Of a stretch of 64,000 bases of DNA, positions 19,186 through 28,490 are shown piece after piece. The DNA comes from an uncultured Bacteroidales bacterium (GTDB lineage: Bacteria > Bacteroidota > Bacteroidia > Bacteroidales > CAIWKO01). The notes under the pieces are model-generated. The model saw only the letters and a list, made by a program, of their open reading frames with translations. It had not been told where the DNA came from and made no database searches. The DNA lies in NCBI GenBank assembly GCA_964626855.1, contig CAZVKJ010000002.1, forward strand, positions 101,852 through 165,851, read 5' to 3'. The first letter of the stretch is position 1. Every line of letters begins with the position of its first letter. The translations under genes were made by a program, and so were the position numbers.

Positions 19186-20370
19186 ATGTTTAACCGGCAA
19201 AACAAATCAAAGACCTTGCATCAGTTTAAATACCATAGAAGCCTGTGGCTTAATGTCATAATTACACTTGGGGTTGCAATAATGATTTTTTTGATTTTTC
19301 TTTTTGCCGGTTTTAAGGGTGACATAACAGGATTTTATTGTATAGGAAGTGATATAAAATGTTCTCCTTTACTGGAAAAACAAAATGTGAGAGTTGTGCA
19401 GGGCAATGGTAATGACGGACAGTTATTTCTTAGTCTGGCATTAGATCCGCTGTTGCTTAATCCCGCCACCAAAGATGCTTTAGGCGGCAACCCTTACTAC
19501 AGGGCAAAAAGAATAATGTTTCCCGTGTTGGGTTATATATTTGGCTCGGGGAATCCTCAGATGATAATATATTCTTTAGCAATAATAAACTTTATCGGGC
19601 TTGTTTTCCTTGTGATAATGGCTTCATGTTGGCTGAAGCAGCATTTTAAGCCGTTAAAATGGGCATTGGTCATCTTAGCCATACCCTCTATATGGACAAT
19701 TCTCTCTATGAGTACATCTGAAATATATTGCATATTGTTTTCATTATCGGCTCTTTATTTTTTCAGAAAAAACAACACTTTTTTAACAATTGTATTCCTG
19801 ACAGTTGCAATATTCACCAGGGAAACAGCGGTCTTTGCATTTCTTGCAATATTATTACAGGTCATTTTTAAGAAAAATTACCATTACATTTTTTATTTGA
19901 TAATACCCTTTATTTTATTCGCACTTTGGAATATATATTTAAACAATGTTATAAATGATGGCGTAGCAAACAGTGCTTTTTTTGAAATTATTTCTGTTCC
20001 ATTTGTAGGAATATTTCAAAAGATTCTGTCTTTTTTTAGTAATCCGACTTTCAGTATAAACTATTTTTTTGATTTGGGTTGTTTTATACTGTTGATGTTG
20101 GTTGCTTTTACCGGAGCCACCACCGCTTGGAAAAACTTTAAGGAAATACCCGAGATAGCAATAATGCTTTTTACCAACATGTTACTATTAGTCATGTTTA
20201 CTAAAAAAATTCTGGGAGATTCGTTTGATTATTTGCGTGTAGGCGGGGAAGTATACTTTTATAGTTTTATCATATTACCCTGGGCGAGCCGGTTTGTAAA
20301 AATAATTCTAATTGTTGCCTCCGTGGTAATCAGTTTGGGGTATATTATTGGGTTTTGCCTGAACACATAA
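19186..20370 (+). CDS. polytopic membrane protein, possible second GT-C-like/glycan-assembly protein (394 aa)
   Basis: It has about 10 TM helices. The early loop GNGNDGQLFLSLALDPLL resembles loop motifs of membrane mannosyltransferase-like families. Function is inferred only. Confidence 0.45.
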   Translation: MFNRQNKSKTLHQFKYHRSLWLNVIITLGVAIMIFLIFLFAGFKGDITGFYCIGSDIKCSPLLEKQNVRVVQGNGNDGQLFLSLALDPLLLNPATKDALGGNPYYRAKRIMFPVLGYIFGSGNPQMIIYSLAIINFIGLVFLVIMASCWLKQHFKPLKWALVILAIPSIWTILSMSTSEIYCILFSLSALYFFRKNNTFLTIVFLTVAIFTRETAVFAFLAILLQVIFKKNYHYIFYLIIPFILFALWNIYLNNVINDGVANSAFFEIISVPFVGIFQKILSFFSNPTFSINYFFDLGCFILLMLVAFTGATTAWKNFKEIPEIAIMLFTNMLLLVMFTKKILGDSFDYLRVGGEVYFYSFIILPWASRFVKIILIVASVVISLGYIIGFCLNT

Positions 20371-20540
20371 ATTAAAGTTTTTGCTTTTTGTCAGAAAATA
20401 TGCGTGTTTGATGTGGAAAATATATGAATAAATACAAGATTGTTGGGAGTTAATGAAGATTTAATGAATTATTAAAAAAATTTGCATTAACCATTAAAAA
20501 CTATTTTCTTTGTACATAATAATAATTAAAAACACTTTTT

Positions 20541-20891
20541 ATGGAAGAAAACATGAACACCCAGACACCAACCACCCCCACCGGACAACCAACATCCGTT
20601 CCCGGAGCTATTATTGCCTTTGTATTTGGCATAATCTCCATAGGTACTTTTTATATCGGATGGCTTTTTGTTGTTCCCGGTCTTATTCCACTGATTTTTG
20701 GAATTATCGGTTGGTCAAAAGGAAAAAAAGCTGAGAAAATTTATAATGAAAATCCTGGTAATTATGTAAAAGCACATGGTACATTTGCTAAAATCGGAAA
20801 AATATTAGGGCTTATCGGCTGGATTTTAGCAATACTTTTCATGATTATTGGTTTAATCGTAGTTTTGGTTGCCGGCTCACAAATGTTTTAA
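20541..20891 (+). CDS. small 3-4 TM membrane protein, tandem paralog 1 (116 aa)
   Basis: A hydrophobic hairpin is followed by a basic loop GWSKGKKAEKIYNENPGNY and a C-terminal TM helix. The two following ORFs share this pattern. Confidence 0.6.
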   Translation: MEENMNTQTPTTPTGQPTSVPGAIIAFVFGIISIGTFYIGWLFVVPGLIPLIFGIIGWSKGKKAEKIYNENPGNYVKAHGTFAKIGKILGLIGWILAILFMIIGLIVVLVAGSQMF

Positions 20892-20921
20892 TTTAAACAC
20901 AGGGGCAACTTATAATTACAT

Positions 20922-21233
20922 ATGTTAAATCCCAAACACAGCGTCACTACTGCCATAATAGCAGGTACAATTTCATTGTGTATTTGTTGGTTTTTCTGGT
21001 ACCCTGTGTTTGGGATTTTATTTTCATTAATCTCATTTATTGCTGCAATTATTGCGACAATATCCGGTAAAAAAACCAAAAAGTACTATACGCTTAACAC
21101 AGAGTCTTTGAATAAGGATTATTTTCGTAAAGCTAAACTTGGGTTTAACCTGGGTGTTGCCGGAATTTTTATTTCTTTTATTTGCCTGATCATGGCAATT
21201 ATATTTACTATGTTTTACAGAAATTTGGTTTAG
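20922..21233 (+). CDS. small membrane protein, tandem paralog 2 (103 aa)
   Basis: Same layout, with loop SGKKTKKYYTLNTESLNKDY. Confidence 0.55.
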   Translation: MLNPKHSVTTAIIAGTISLCICWFFWYPVFGILFSLISFIAAIIATISGKKTKKYYTLNTESLNKDYFRKAKLGFNLGVAGIFISFICLIMAIIFTMFYRNLV

Positions 21234-21584
21234 ATGGAAGAAATGCCGGTAACTGAATTTCCTGAAAATGATTTCATGCTCAAATCATCCAGGGCGTTAA
21301 CCTATAGTATCTGGGGCAACGCCCTGAGCTTTTCATTTTTTATACCCGTGCTTGGGATTATTACCAGTATCGCCGGACTTATATTATCTATCATTGGTAT
21401 CACAAGGGGGCGAAAGGGTATGGAAAAATATAAGACAGATAAGCGAAAATACAACAAAGGTTCATTTGTGAAAACACTCATTGCCTTTATCCTTGGAATT
21501 GTGGGAACGGTTCAGGCAGGAATTCTGATAATATACGCTGTTATTTTGACAATTTTAATTTTGAGCGAAAGCAGAATATTCTGA
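21234..21584 (+). CDS. small membrane protein, tandem paralog 3 (116 aa)
   Basis: Same layout, with loop TRGRKGMEKYKTDKRKYNKGSF. It starts immediately after the stop of paralog 2. Confidence 0.55.
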   Translation: MEEMPVTEFPENDFMLKSSRALTYSIWGNALSFSFFIPVLGIITSIAGLILSIIGITRGRKGMEKYKTDKRKYNKGSFVKTLIAFILGIVGTVQAGILIIYAVILTILILSESRIF

Positions 21585-21707
21585 AATTATGAAGGGTTAA
21601 AAAGGCAGATCATTATTCAGGTCGTTATCCCACGGTAAATCCGTATTTTCTGTATTGTTTTTTGGTGAACTTTCTGTTATCGGATTTTGGCCTTCTGCTT
21701 CTATTTT

Positions 21708-21953
21708 TCAGGGTTTGATATCAGTAAACCATCTTCCATTGTATTCACGGCTTTCGATATCAAAAAATATTTTAACAACTTTGCCTTTGTAATCGGGCTT
21801 TATATCAATTTTATCATTCCAGTTTGCCATAATAATTTTTTTGGGATACTGGGCTTGTGTTTCAAAAAGAAACTCTTGTTTTTTCCATTCTCCTTTAGCT
21901 GATGTTCCGGTTTGTGCCGGGAAAATTTCAACAATTTTTCCTGTGATTTCCAT
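21708..21953 (-). CDS. DUF3127-family protein (82 aa)
   Basis: From the internal Met it reads MEITGKIVEIFPAQTGTSAKGEWKKQEFLFETQAQYPKKIIMANWNDKID...FDIESREYNGRWFTDIKP. That matches the characteristic DUF3127 pattern (GKI..v.p.q.G.s..G.W.KQe.v.ET...YPKk......DIeSREyNGRWfTdi). The longer track ORF adds an implausible N-extension. Confidence 0.75.
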   Translation of the reverse strand: MEITGKIVEIFPAQTGTSAKGEWKKQEFLFETQAQYPKKIIMANWNDKIDIKPDYKGKVVKIFFDIESREYNGRWFTDIKP

Positions 21954-22174
21954 GTTGCTGTTTTTAATTTCTATGGTAAAAATAATATTTTTCGATGGTA
22001 TTGACCCATATCTTTGATAAAATAAAATTGTATAAAAACCCCGGACAAGCATATGATACGGTATTACTAAGAAGTCAGAATGATTATCATGATCATACAA
22101 CATAAGGAAAGACGGTAATGTTTTGATAACCGTGCTTTGGCTTATACAATAAAAACTCCAACGAAAATCATTTG

Positions 22175-22182
22175 TATATTTG
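22175..22182 (+). promoter_or_regulatory. candidate -7 promoter box
   Basis: TATATTTG lies 18 nt upstream of the ATG at 22200, which supports that start. Confidence 0.45.
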
Positions 22183-22199
22183 TAGAAAATAAAATTATT

Positions 22200-22790
22200 A
22201 TGACGGAAAAACCAAAAACACCGGAAAAAACCGGAACTGCTTCCGGAAAAAAACTAAGCGCCCAGGCCATTGTTTCTATAATTATCCTGGTTTTAATGAT
22301 TATTATTCCACTGGTAATATATTTATGGAAACAATCTGAAATTAATAATATTAGAAAGGACTGCGATAAGCGTATATTGGAAATTACAGCACAGGCCAAC
22401 AAGACCGTGGAAGAAAATAATAGTAAAAATATGGATATGTTAACCCGGGTTTTCTTATGGGCTGTCCGTTCCGAATTGCTGCGCAACAATCTTGAACAGA
22501 TTGAACAATATATGACAGACCTTGTTAAATCGGCAGATTTAAACAATATTTCTCTTATTAAAGCAGATGGAATTGTGATATTATCTACTGATAAAAAATA
22601 TGAAGGGAATGCATATCCAGGAACTATTGCAAGGGAATTTGCCCAGATCAATTCTGTTATTACAAAAACCGGCGAAAATGGCGACTTAATTTCAATATGC
22701 CCGGTTATGGGACTCGACAATCGCCTTGGCACTATTGTGATCACCCATACTCCGAAGAAAAATATTTTTGTTGCTAAGGAAAATAAATAG
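22200..22790 (+). CDS. hypothetical N-terminally anchored periplasmic protein, PDC/Cache-like by pattern (196 aa)
   Basis: MTEKPKTPEK is followed by a single TM helix and then a soluble domain (…ISLIKADGIVILSTDKKYEGNAYPG…). The 200-aa ORF on the opposite strand has antisense-like Ser/Ile/Leu-rich composition. Confidence 0.55.
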   Translation: MTEKPKTPEKTGTASGKKLSAQAIVSIIILVLMIIIPLVIYLWKQSEINNIRKDCDKRILEITAQANKTVEENNSKNMDMLTRVFLWAVRSELLRNNLEQIEQYMTDLVKSADLNNISLIKADGIVILSTDKKYEGNAYPGTIAREFAQINSVITKTGENGDLISICPVMGLDNRLGTIVITHTPKKNIFVAKENK

Positions 22791-22797
22791 GTCTGTT

Positions 22798-23988
22798 ATG
22801 TTTTTTTGGAAAAAAATCAGAATATACTGGTTTTGTTTAATTTCAATCACCGTGGTGTTGCTGAGCAGTTGCGGCAATCATAAAGCGGTTGATTATTTTA
22901 CCATTCATGGGAAATTAAAAAATTCTCTGGGTGAAAAAATAGTTTTGCAACAGCTTAAAATTGACAGCATAAAAGCTATTGATTCTGTAAAGGTTGACGA
23001 GAATGGTGAATTTACATTTAAGTACACTCCGGAAAATATTGGTTTTTATGTTGTCAAAATAAGTGATGATAATTTCATAACAATATTAGCTGATAAAGGA
23101 GAACAAATTGAAATAAGCGCCAATGCAAGACAATTGGCCGGCGATTATACCATTTCAGGTTCATCAGGATCGGCCCTGATTTGCGAATTAAACAATCATA
23201 CAAGAAAGAACTTTCATAAAACGGATTCTCTATATGAATTGCAGATTCAGTATCAGGAAAGCGACAGTTTCCCCCGGATAAAAAAGGGGCTTGATTCTGT
23301 TTATGAGATTATTTTTACAGACCAACAAAAATATGTTCAATGGTTTATTGAAAAAAATAAAACCTCGTTGGCCTCACTAATGGCTTTATACCAGTTTTTC
23401 GGAAGGCAAAAACTTTTAAACGAACGGGATCATTTTAAATATTTTAAATTGCTTGACAGTACATTGTTTTTGATTTATCCGCAAAACGATTATGTATTGG
23501 AATTACATGAACGGGTAAAAGAAATAAAACACTCTGTTATTGAAAAAGAAAAGAATCTTTCCAGGCTTAAACCCGGGATGCCGGCTCCGGAAATAAGAAT
23601 GAAAAACATCGGCGGAAATGCTCAATATTTATCCTCGGTAAATGGTAAAAATACCCTTGTTCTTTTTTGGGCAGCGTCAGGCAAAACAAATGACCCAGCC
23701 ATTGAATGGTATAATTCAATTTTTAAAAAATATCGCGACAAAGGTTTTCAGATTTATGCCATTTCACTTGATCAGGAAAGAAGAGATTGGGAATATGCCA
23801 TAAGAGAAAAAAAGCTGAACTGGATACATGTAAACGATTTATTGGGCTGGGATTCGCCCGCGGTAAAGGATTATTGTATCGACAGCATCCCTTGTGCGGT
23901 ACTAATTGATAAAGATGGAGCCATCGTAAAATGGGGAATAAATAATGAGGAATTGCAGGACTGGTTATCTGAAAACTACAAATTCTGA
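22798..23988 (+). CDS. TlpA/AhpC-like thioredoxin-fold lipoprotein lacking the CXXC motif
   Basis: A lipobox is present (VVLLSSCGN). The C-terminal thioredoxin-like domain reads GKNTLVLFWAASGKTNDPAIEWYN...KGFQIYAISLDQ...WIHVNDLLGWDSPAVKDY.IDSIP.AVLIDKDG. The usual FWASWCxPC position reads FWAASGKTN. Confidence 0.7.
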   Translation: MFFWKKIRIYWFCLISITVVLLSSCGNHKAVDYFTIHGKLKNSLGEKIVLQQLKIDSIKAIDSVKVDENGEFTFKYTPENIGFYVVKISDDNFITILADKGEQIEISANARQLAGDYTISGSSGSALICELNNHTRKNFHKTDSLYELQIQYQESDSFPRIKKGLDSVYEIIFTDQQKYVQWFIEKNKTSLASLMALYQFFGRQKLLNERDHFKYFKLLDSTLFLIYPQNDYVLELHERVKEIKHSVIEKEKNLSRLKPGMPAPEIRMKNIGGNAQYLSSVNGKNTLVLFWAASGKTNDPAIEWYNSIFKKYRDKGFQIYAISLDQERRDWEYAIREKKLNWIHVNDLLGWDSPAVKDYCIDSIPCAVLIDKDGAIVKWGINNEELQDWLSENYKF

Positions 23989-24061
23989 CTTGATCAACGG
24001 CAGTTATTATAGCAGATAAGAAAAAGGTTTTTATTATTTTTACAATCACAAACAACCCATT

Positions 24062-24811
24062 TTGACAGGTACAAATCATAAAATATATTTTGTTTCGGAT
24101 TGCCATTTTGGTATTCCTGATTATCAGAGCAGCCTTATCCGTGAAAAAAAATTTATTGAATGGCTGGAAATGATAAGAAAAGATGCGGCCGAGATTTATA
24201 TTTTAGGAGATCTTTTTGATTTTTGGTTTGAGTATAAACACGTTGTCCCAAAGGGATACACAAGGCTGCTTGGGAAATTGGCGGAGCTGAGTGATGATGG
24301 TATTAAGATTTTTATGTTCACCGGGAACCACGATATGTGGATGTTTGATTATTTCCCGGCAGAACTTGGCGTTGAACTGGTACGGCATGCTGTTGTTAAA
24401 GAAATTAACGGGCTAAAAATGATGATAGGGCATGGAGATGGACTGGGAGATGGCGATCATGGGTATAAATTCATAAAAAAACTTTTTGCAGGCAAAATAA
24501 GTCAATGGCTTTTTGCACGGCTTCACCCGAATTTTGCAATCAGGCTGGGATTGTTTTTTTCGCGCCGTAGCCGGATAGCCCGCGGCGACAGCGATTTGAT
24601 ATATTCCGGAGAGGAATGTGAACGACTGGTGTGTTACGCTAGAGAGATAAACAAGGAAGAACATTTTGATCTGTTTGTATTTGGCCATCGCCACCTTCCT
24701 ATTGATATTAAAATTGCTGAAAACACACGATATATAAATCTTGGGGACTGGTTGGTTCATTTTTCCTATGGTGAGCTAAATGGAAATGATTTCGTTTTGA
24801 AAAGATTTTAG
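24062..24811 (+). CDS. lpxH: UDP-2,3-diacylglucosamine pyrophosphatase LpxH
   Basis: Metallophosphoesterase motifs appear in LpxH order: YFVSDCHFG, ILGDLFDFWFEY, TGNHDMW, GHGD and FGHRH. The start is TTG at 24062. Confidence 0.8.
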   Translation: MTGTNHKIYFVSDCHFGIPDYQSSLIREKKFIEWLEMIRKDAAEIYILGDLFDFWFEYKHVVPKGYTRLLGKLAELSDDGIKIFMFTGNHDMWMFDYFPAELGVELVRHAVVKEINGLKMMIGHGDGLGDGDHGYKFIKKLFAGKISQWLFARLHPNFAIRLGLFFSRRSRIARGDSDLIYSGEECERLVCYAREINKEEHFDLFVFGHRHLPIDIKIAENTRYINLGDWLVHFSYGELNGNDFVLKRF

Positions 24812-24847
24812 CCGCTGAGGGTTATTCCTGTTTCAAGAATCCTATCA

Positions 24848-25384
24848 ATGATGAAAAAATGGTATTATCTATTGCTGAATAGTCTTATTAAAAGCATTGT
24901 TTTTGTTGCTAAAAAGGCAATAATACCTATTCAAATAATTACCCCAGGGCTTCCGGTTTCGGGCCAGAGGTTAATATTTAAAATTTCCAGACATTATTTA
25001 CGGTTTCATGATTTGCCGATTAGAAAAATATGTATTCCTGAAAATGAAAAGGCAATAATCTTTTTGCCCCATATGGGCTGGTATAATATGAAACAACGCC
25101 CGCGCCATCTGGCCAGGGCATTTGCAAAAGCAGGAATGACGGTTTTTTTCTTAACCCAGAATGTTGATGATAATATTAGCGGTGTAAAAAAAATTAGTGA
25201 GAATCTTTATATCTGCTCAAATGTAAGATGTCTGCAAAAAATAGAAATGATTTTGTTTCAGAAATCAAGAAAGCCATTTTATTAAAAGACGATGTAACAT
25301 ATCAATCATTAATAAAGAAGGAGCTTTCCCGTAATACATGGGATTATTATTGTAACATGATTATAAGCAGAATGGTTGATTAAA
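24848..25384 (+). pseudogene. glycosyltransferase remnant (N-terminal ~145 codons, in-frame TAA, then ~33 C-terminal codons)
   Basis: IIFLPHMGWYNMKQRPRHLARAFAKAGMTVFF is the N-terminal motif of GT-B (group 1-like) transferases, but the ORF stops at 25285. The same frame continues as KDDVTYQSLIKKELSRNTWDYYCNMIISRMVD*, a typical GT C-terminal end. The whole catalytic middle part is missing. Confidence 0.45.
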
Positions 25385-25410
25385 TATATGTATGATTTAA
25401 AGCATGAAAA

Positions 25411-27243
25411 ATGAGAAAGAATAAAGGACTTATAGTTTTTATTGCGGTATGCCTGTTCTTATTGCTGCTGATCTTACCTGTTTACAATTATATTGACAAT
25501 ATAAATATTTATCAGGATTTTTCGATCAGAATAGAAGGAGTAACACCCGATAATGCTTCTGCTATCAATGTAAGTGGGATTACACCGATGAATAAAAAAA
25601 GGCAGATCGTTTTTTATAAATATAATTGCCAATGGATATCGGTTGATAACTACTTTTTAAAGTCTATAGAGATTACTATTCCGGACTCTCTGATAGATAA
25701 GGTCGCTGGCGTTTGGGTACATATTAATAACGGGGATTTTTGGATTGCAGCAGAAGATTTAAAGGAAAAGGAGTCATTGCAGGATCATCATAGCTATTAT
25801 TTGCCTGCAACGATCAAAAATTCATTTTCATTGCGTAAAGTGATTTCACTTATTATACGCTGGCCTTCTGTTCAAAAAGCCGGCTTTGTTTTATTTATTG
25901 GAAGCGCCATTGTTTTATTATTAATGTCTTTATCGTGGTTGAAAAAACAAATTAAACAATTTTTATCATTTTTTAGATTCAAATCAAATGAAGATAAATG
26001 GAATAGATATATTAAGGCTAATTTTTTAATGACCCGGAAATATTGGATATTTATTCTTTCTGTTTATCTAATCACAGAGCTTTTATTTCATGTGCTTTTT
26101 TATTTTGAAACGGGTTGGTATTTAACAACATCAGGTGTTCTTTTAATTATTTTGCTCAGCATTTTTCTCTATTATATTTTGTTGGGAATAAAAGGTGTTT
26201 TTCATTTAAATTATTGCGTGACAAATAGCCTGCCTATGATCATTACGATCGCCATTTTTTTAATTTTTATTGAAATTGTTTTAGTTCTCTATAATTATAA
26301 AACTGCAAGTAAATTTGAGTACCAAAAACTATACTATCAATCACAGTATATTCCACAGGAAAAAAACTGGTTTCATCTTTACCATTATAATCATTATTTG
26401 CAAACCAGCGAATTCAGTTACTTCAGAAAGGATAATTCAGACACACTGTCGGATATTGAACATAAGGTTCCTAAGAATGAAAACGAATACCGGATTATGG
26501 GCATGGGAGATTCTTTTACGGAGGGCTCAGGCGCTGATGTGGATTCTACGTGGCTCAGATTTCTGGAAAGAAGCTTAAAAAAACAACCCTTAAAAAAACA
26601 GCTTACGTTTTTTAATGCCGGTGTTGGTGGAAGCGATCCGTTTTTTGAATATATTTTACTAAAAGAGAGATTGTTAAAATACAAACCTGATTTGGTGTTG
26701 TTGGCGCTGAATTGTTCCGATTTGGTGGATATTTCTCTTCGCGGGGGGATGGAGCGTTTTCTTCCCGATGGAAAGGTGCAGTATAATCCCGAACCATGGT
26801 GGGAACCAATTTATGCACTAAGTCATATTTCAAGATTGTATTTTGAAATAATTGGATATAAGGAGGGCTATTTTCGATATAAAAAGGGGGATTTTGCAAA
26901 AGAAAAAAAGGAAACCATTAATGCGATTGGGTTGTTTAATAAACTATCACAGGAATACGGTTTTAAATTATTGGTAATTTTTCATCCTTCAAAAGAGGAA
27001 TTATTGATTGATGCCTCCACAATGGATGATGTTTATATGAATGTTTCAAAAACAGGCAGACCTGCTTGTTTTAATTTAAGGACATTTTTTATAAAGGAAA
27101 TTAAGATGAATTCTTTTAATTATTTGGATTATTACTGGAAATATGACGGGCATCATAATGCAAAGGGATACGAAGCTTTTGCAAGAGGCGTGGAATGGAA
27201 GTTAAAAGATATGGGAATCATTGATTCTCTAATAGCAAAATAA
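25411..27243 (+). CDS. membrane protein with C-terminal canonical SGNH/GDSL hydrolase domain (610 aa)
   Basis: An N-terminal anchor is followed by about 5 TM helices. The C-terminal domain has block I IMGMGDSFTEGSG, block II NAGVGGSDP and block V YDGHHNAKGY. Confidence 0.7.
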   Translation: MRKNKGLIVFIAVCLFLLLLILPVYNYIDNINIYQDFSIRIEGVTPDNASAINVSGITPMNKKRQIVFYKYNCQWISVDNYFLKSIEITIPDSLIDKVAGVWVHINNGDFWIAAEDLKEKESLQDHHSYYLPATIKNSFSLRKVISLIIRWPSVQKAGFVLFIGSAIVLLLMSLSWLKKQIKQFLSFFRFKSNEDKWNRYIKANFLMTRKYWIFILSVYLITELLFHVLFYFETGWYLTTSGVLLIILLSIFLYYILLGIKGVFHLNYCVTNSLPMIITIAIFLIFIEIVLVLYNYKTASKFEYQKLYYQSQYIPQEKNWFHLYHYNHYLQTSEFSYFRKDNSDTLSDIEHKVPKNENEYRIMGMGDSFTEGSGADVDSTWLRFLERSLKKQPLKKQLTFFNAGVGGSDPFFEYILLKERLLKYKPDLVLLALNCSDLVDISLRGGMERFLPDGKVQYNPEPWWEPIYALSHISRLYFEIIGYKEGYFRYKKGDFAKEKKETINAIGLFNKLSQEYGFKLLVIFHPSKEELLIDASTMDDVYMNVSKTGRPACFNLRTFFIKEIKMNSFNYLDYYWKYDGHHNAKGYEAFARGVEWKLKDMGIIDSLIAK

Positions 27244-27275
27244 TTATTCAGGGCGGTTATAACTTACTATGCATT

Positions 27276-28463
27276 TTATATCTTACCAAGATAACACTTC
27301 AATGGAATTTCTTCAACGGCAATGCCGCAATAATTACAATCAATGCATTTTGATTTGGTTTGAGATCGGTCTTTAAATTTTTTCACAATATTCGGTTCAA
27401 TGATGAATGGCCTGCACATTGAAACAAAATCTGCCATACCCTCCGAAATAATTTTATTTATATCATCAATTGATTTAATTCCGCCCACCGCAATTACCGG
27501 AATTTTTACATGTTTTTTTAGTTCTTTTGAATATTCGACATTATAGTTTTCGTACGGTTTTATTTTTTTTGTAATTAACGGCACAATAAATTTTGCGATG
27601 CTTCTTATCAAAGGTGAGAATGATTTATAATGAAAACTATATTTAAAAACAGCATCAAGAGGCAATTTCTTACCACGTATTGTGTACAACCCGTCTTCAT
27701 GGGTGCCGCATGACACCTCAATCCCGGCGCATCCTTCTTTTTCAAGCATTTTGGCAATCTCAACAGATTCAGCCATTGCCATACCACCTTTTCTGTTATC
27801 ATGGGTGTTTAGCTTGACAAGGATAGGATAATTGCCAACAACCTGCTTGGCCTGCGAAAAAATTTCTTTGATAATTCTGAATTTATTTTCAGTTGATCCA
27901 CCCCATTTATCTTTGCGTTTATTCGAATATGATGATAAAAAATCAGACAATAAAAATCCATGTGCAATATGCAGCTGCACACCGTCAAATCCCGCCTCCC
28001 TGGCCCGAACAATTGCATGCACAAAATTCCCGATCACGTCATAGATTTCATCTTCAGTCAGCTCGTGGGGTATCTCTTCATTAAAAGATTTATTTCTTAT
28101 TGCCGATGGCGCAACAGTTGGCAGGCCTGTTATTTTTGATCTGGTTTGCCTTCCGCAATGAACTATCTGAAGAATAATGGGTGTCTGATACTCATGAATT
28201 TTTTGAGTCATTCTGGCGTAAGGGGCAATAAATGAATTATTGTGGATCATCAGCATATTAAGCGAGCTGCTTTTACCATTTTGCATTACAGCAGCAAAAC
28301 CTGTAATAATACATCCCACATCATTTTTTGCCAGGACTTCATATTTTTTTATTAATGCCTCGGTGGGATAACCGTATTCATCGGCAAGGCCTTCGTGGGT
28401 GGCTGAACGTAGAATTTTATTTTTAAGTACAATGGATCCTAAATCAGATTTTTCGAAAATCAT
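27276..28463 (-). CDS. NADH:flavin oxidoreductase, Old Yellow Enzyme family, with C-terminal Cys cluster
   Basis: LKNKILRSATHEG, QIVHCGRQ, GFDGVQLHIAHGFLLSDFLS, KWGGS and VIAVGGI are OYE TIM-barrel motifs. The C-terminal CIDCNYC...C resembles the Fe-S motif of dienoyl-CoA-reductase-type members. Confidence 0.75.
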   Translation of the reverse strand: MIFEKSDLGSIVLKNKILRSATHEGLADEYGYPTEALIKKYEVLAKNDVGCIITGFAAVMQNGKSSSLNMLMIHNNSFIAPYARMTQKIHEYQTPIILQIVHCGRQTRSKITGLPTVAPSAIRNKSFNEEIPHELTEDEIYDVIGNFVHAIVRAREAGFDGVQLHIAHGFLLSDFLSSYSNKRKDKWGGSTENKFRIIKEIFSQAKQVVGNYPILVKLNTHDNRKGGMAMAESVEIAKMLEKEGCAGIEVSCGTHEDGLYTIRGKKLPLDAVFKYSFHYKSFSPLIRSIAKFIVPLITKKIKPYENYNVEYSKELKKHVKIPVIAVGGIKSIDDINKIISEGMADFVSMCRPFIIEPNIVKKFKDRSQTKSKCIDCNYCGIAVEEIPLKCYLGKI

Positions 28464-28490
28464 AATGCTTTTTTGTAAACGAAAGGTACA

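Noticed and set aside
22142-22744. 200-aa minus-strand ORF overlapping 22200..22790.
   Set aside because: The plus-strand product has balanced, protein-like composition, a TM anchor and a perfect TAnnTTTG box 18 nt upstream. The minus-strand product is Ser/Ile/Leu-rich, as expected for antisense translation of an AT-rich gene.
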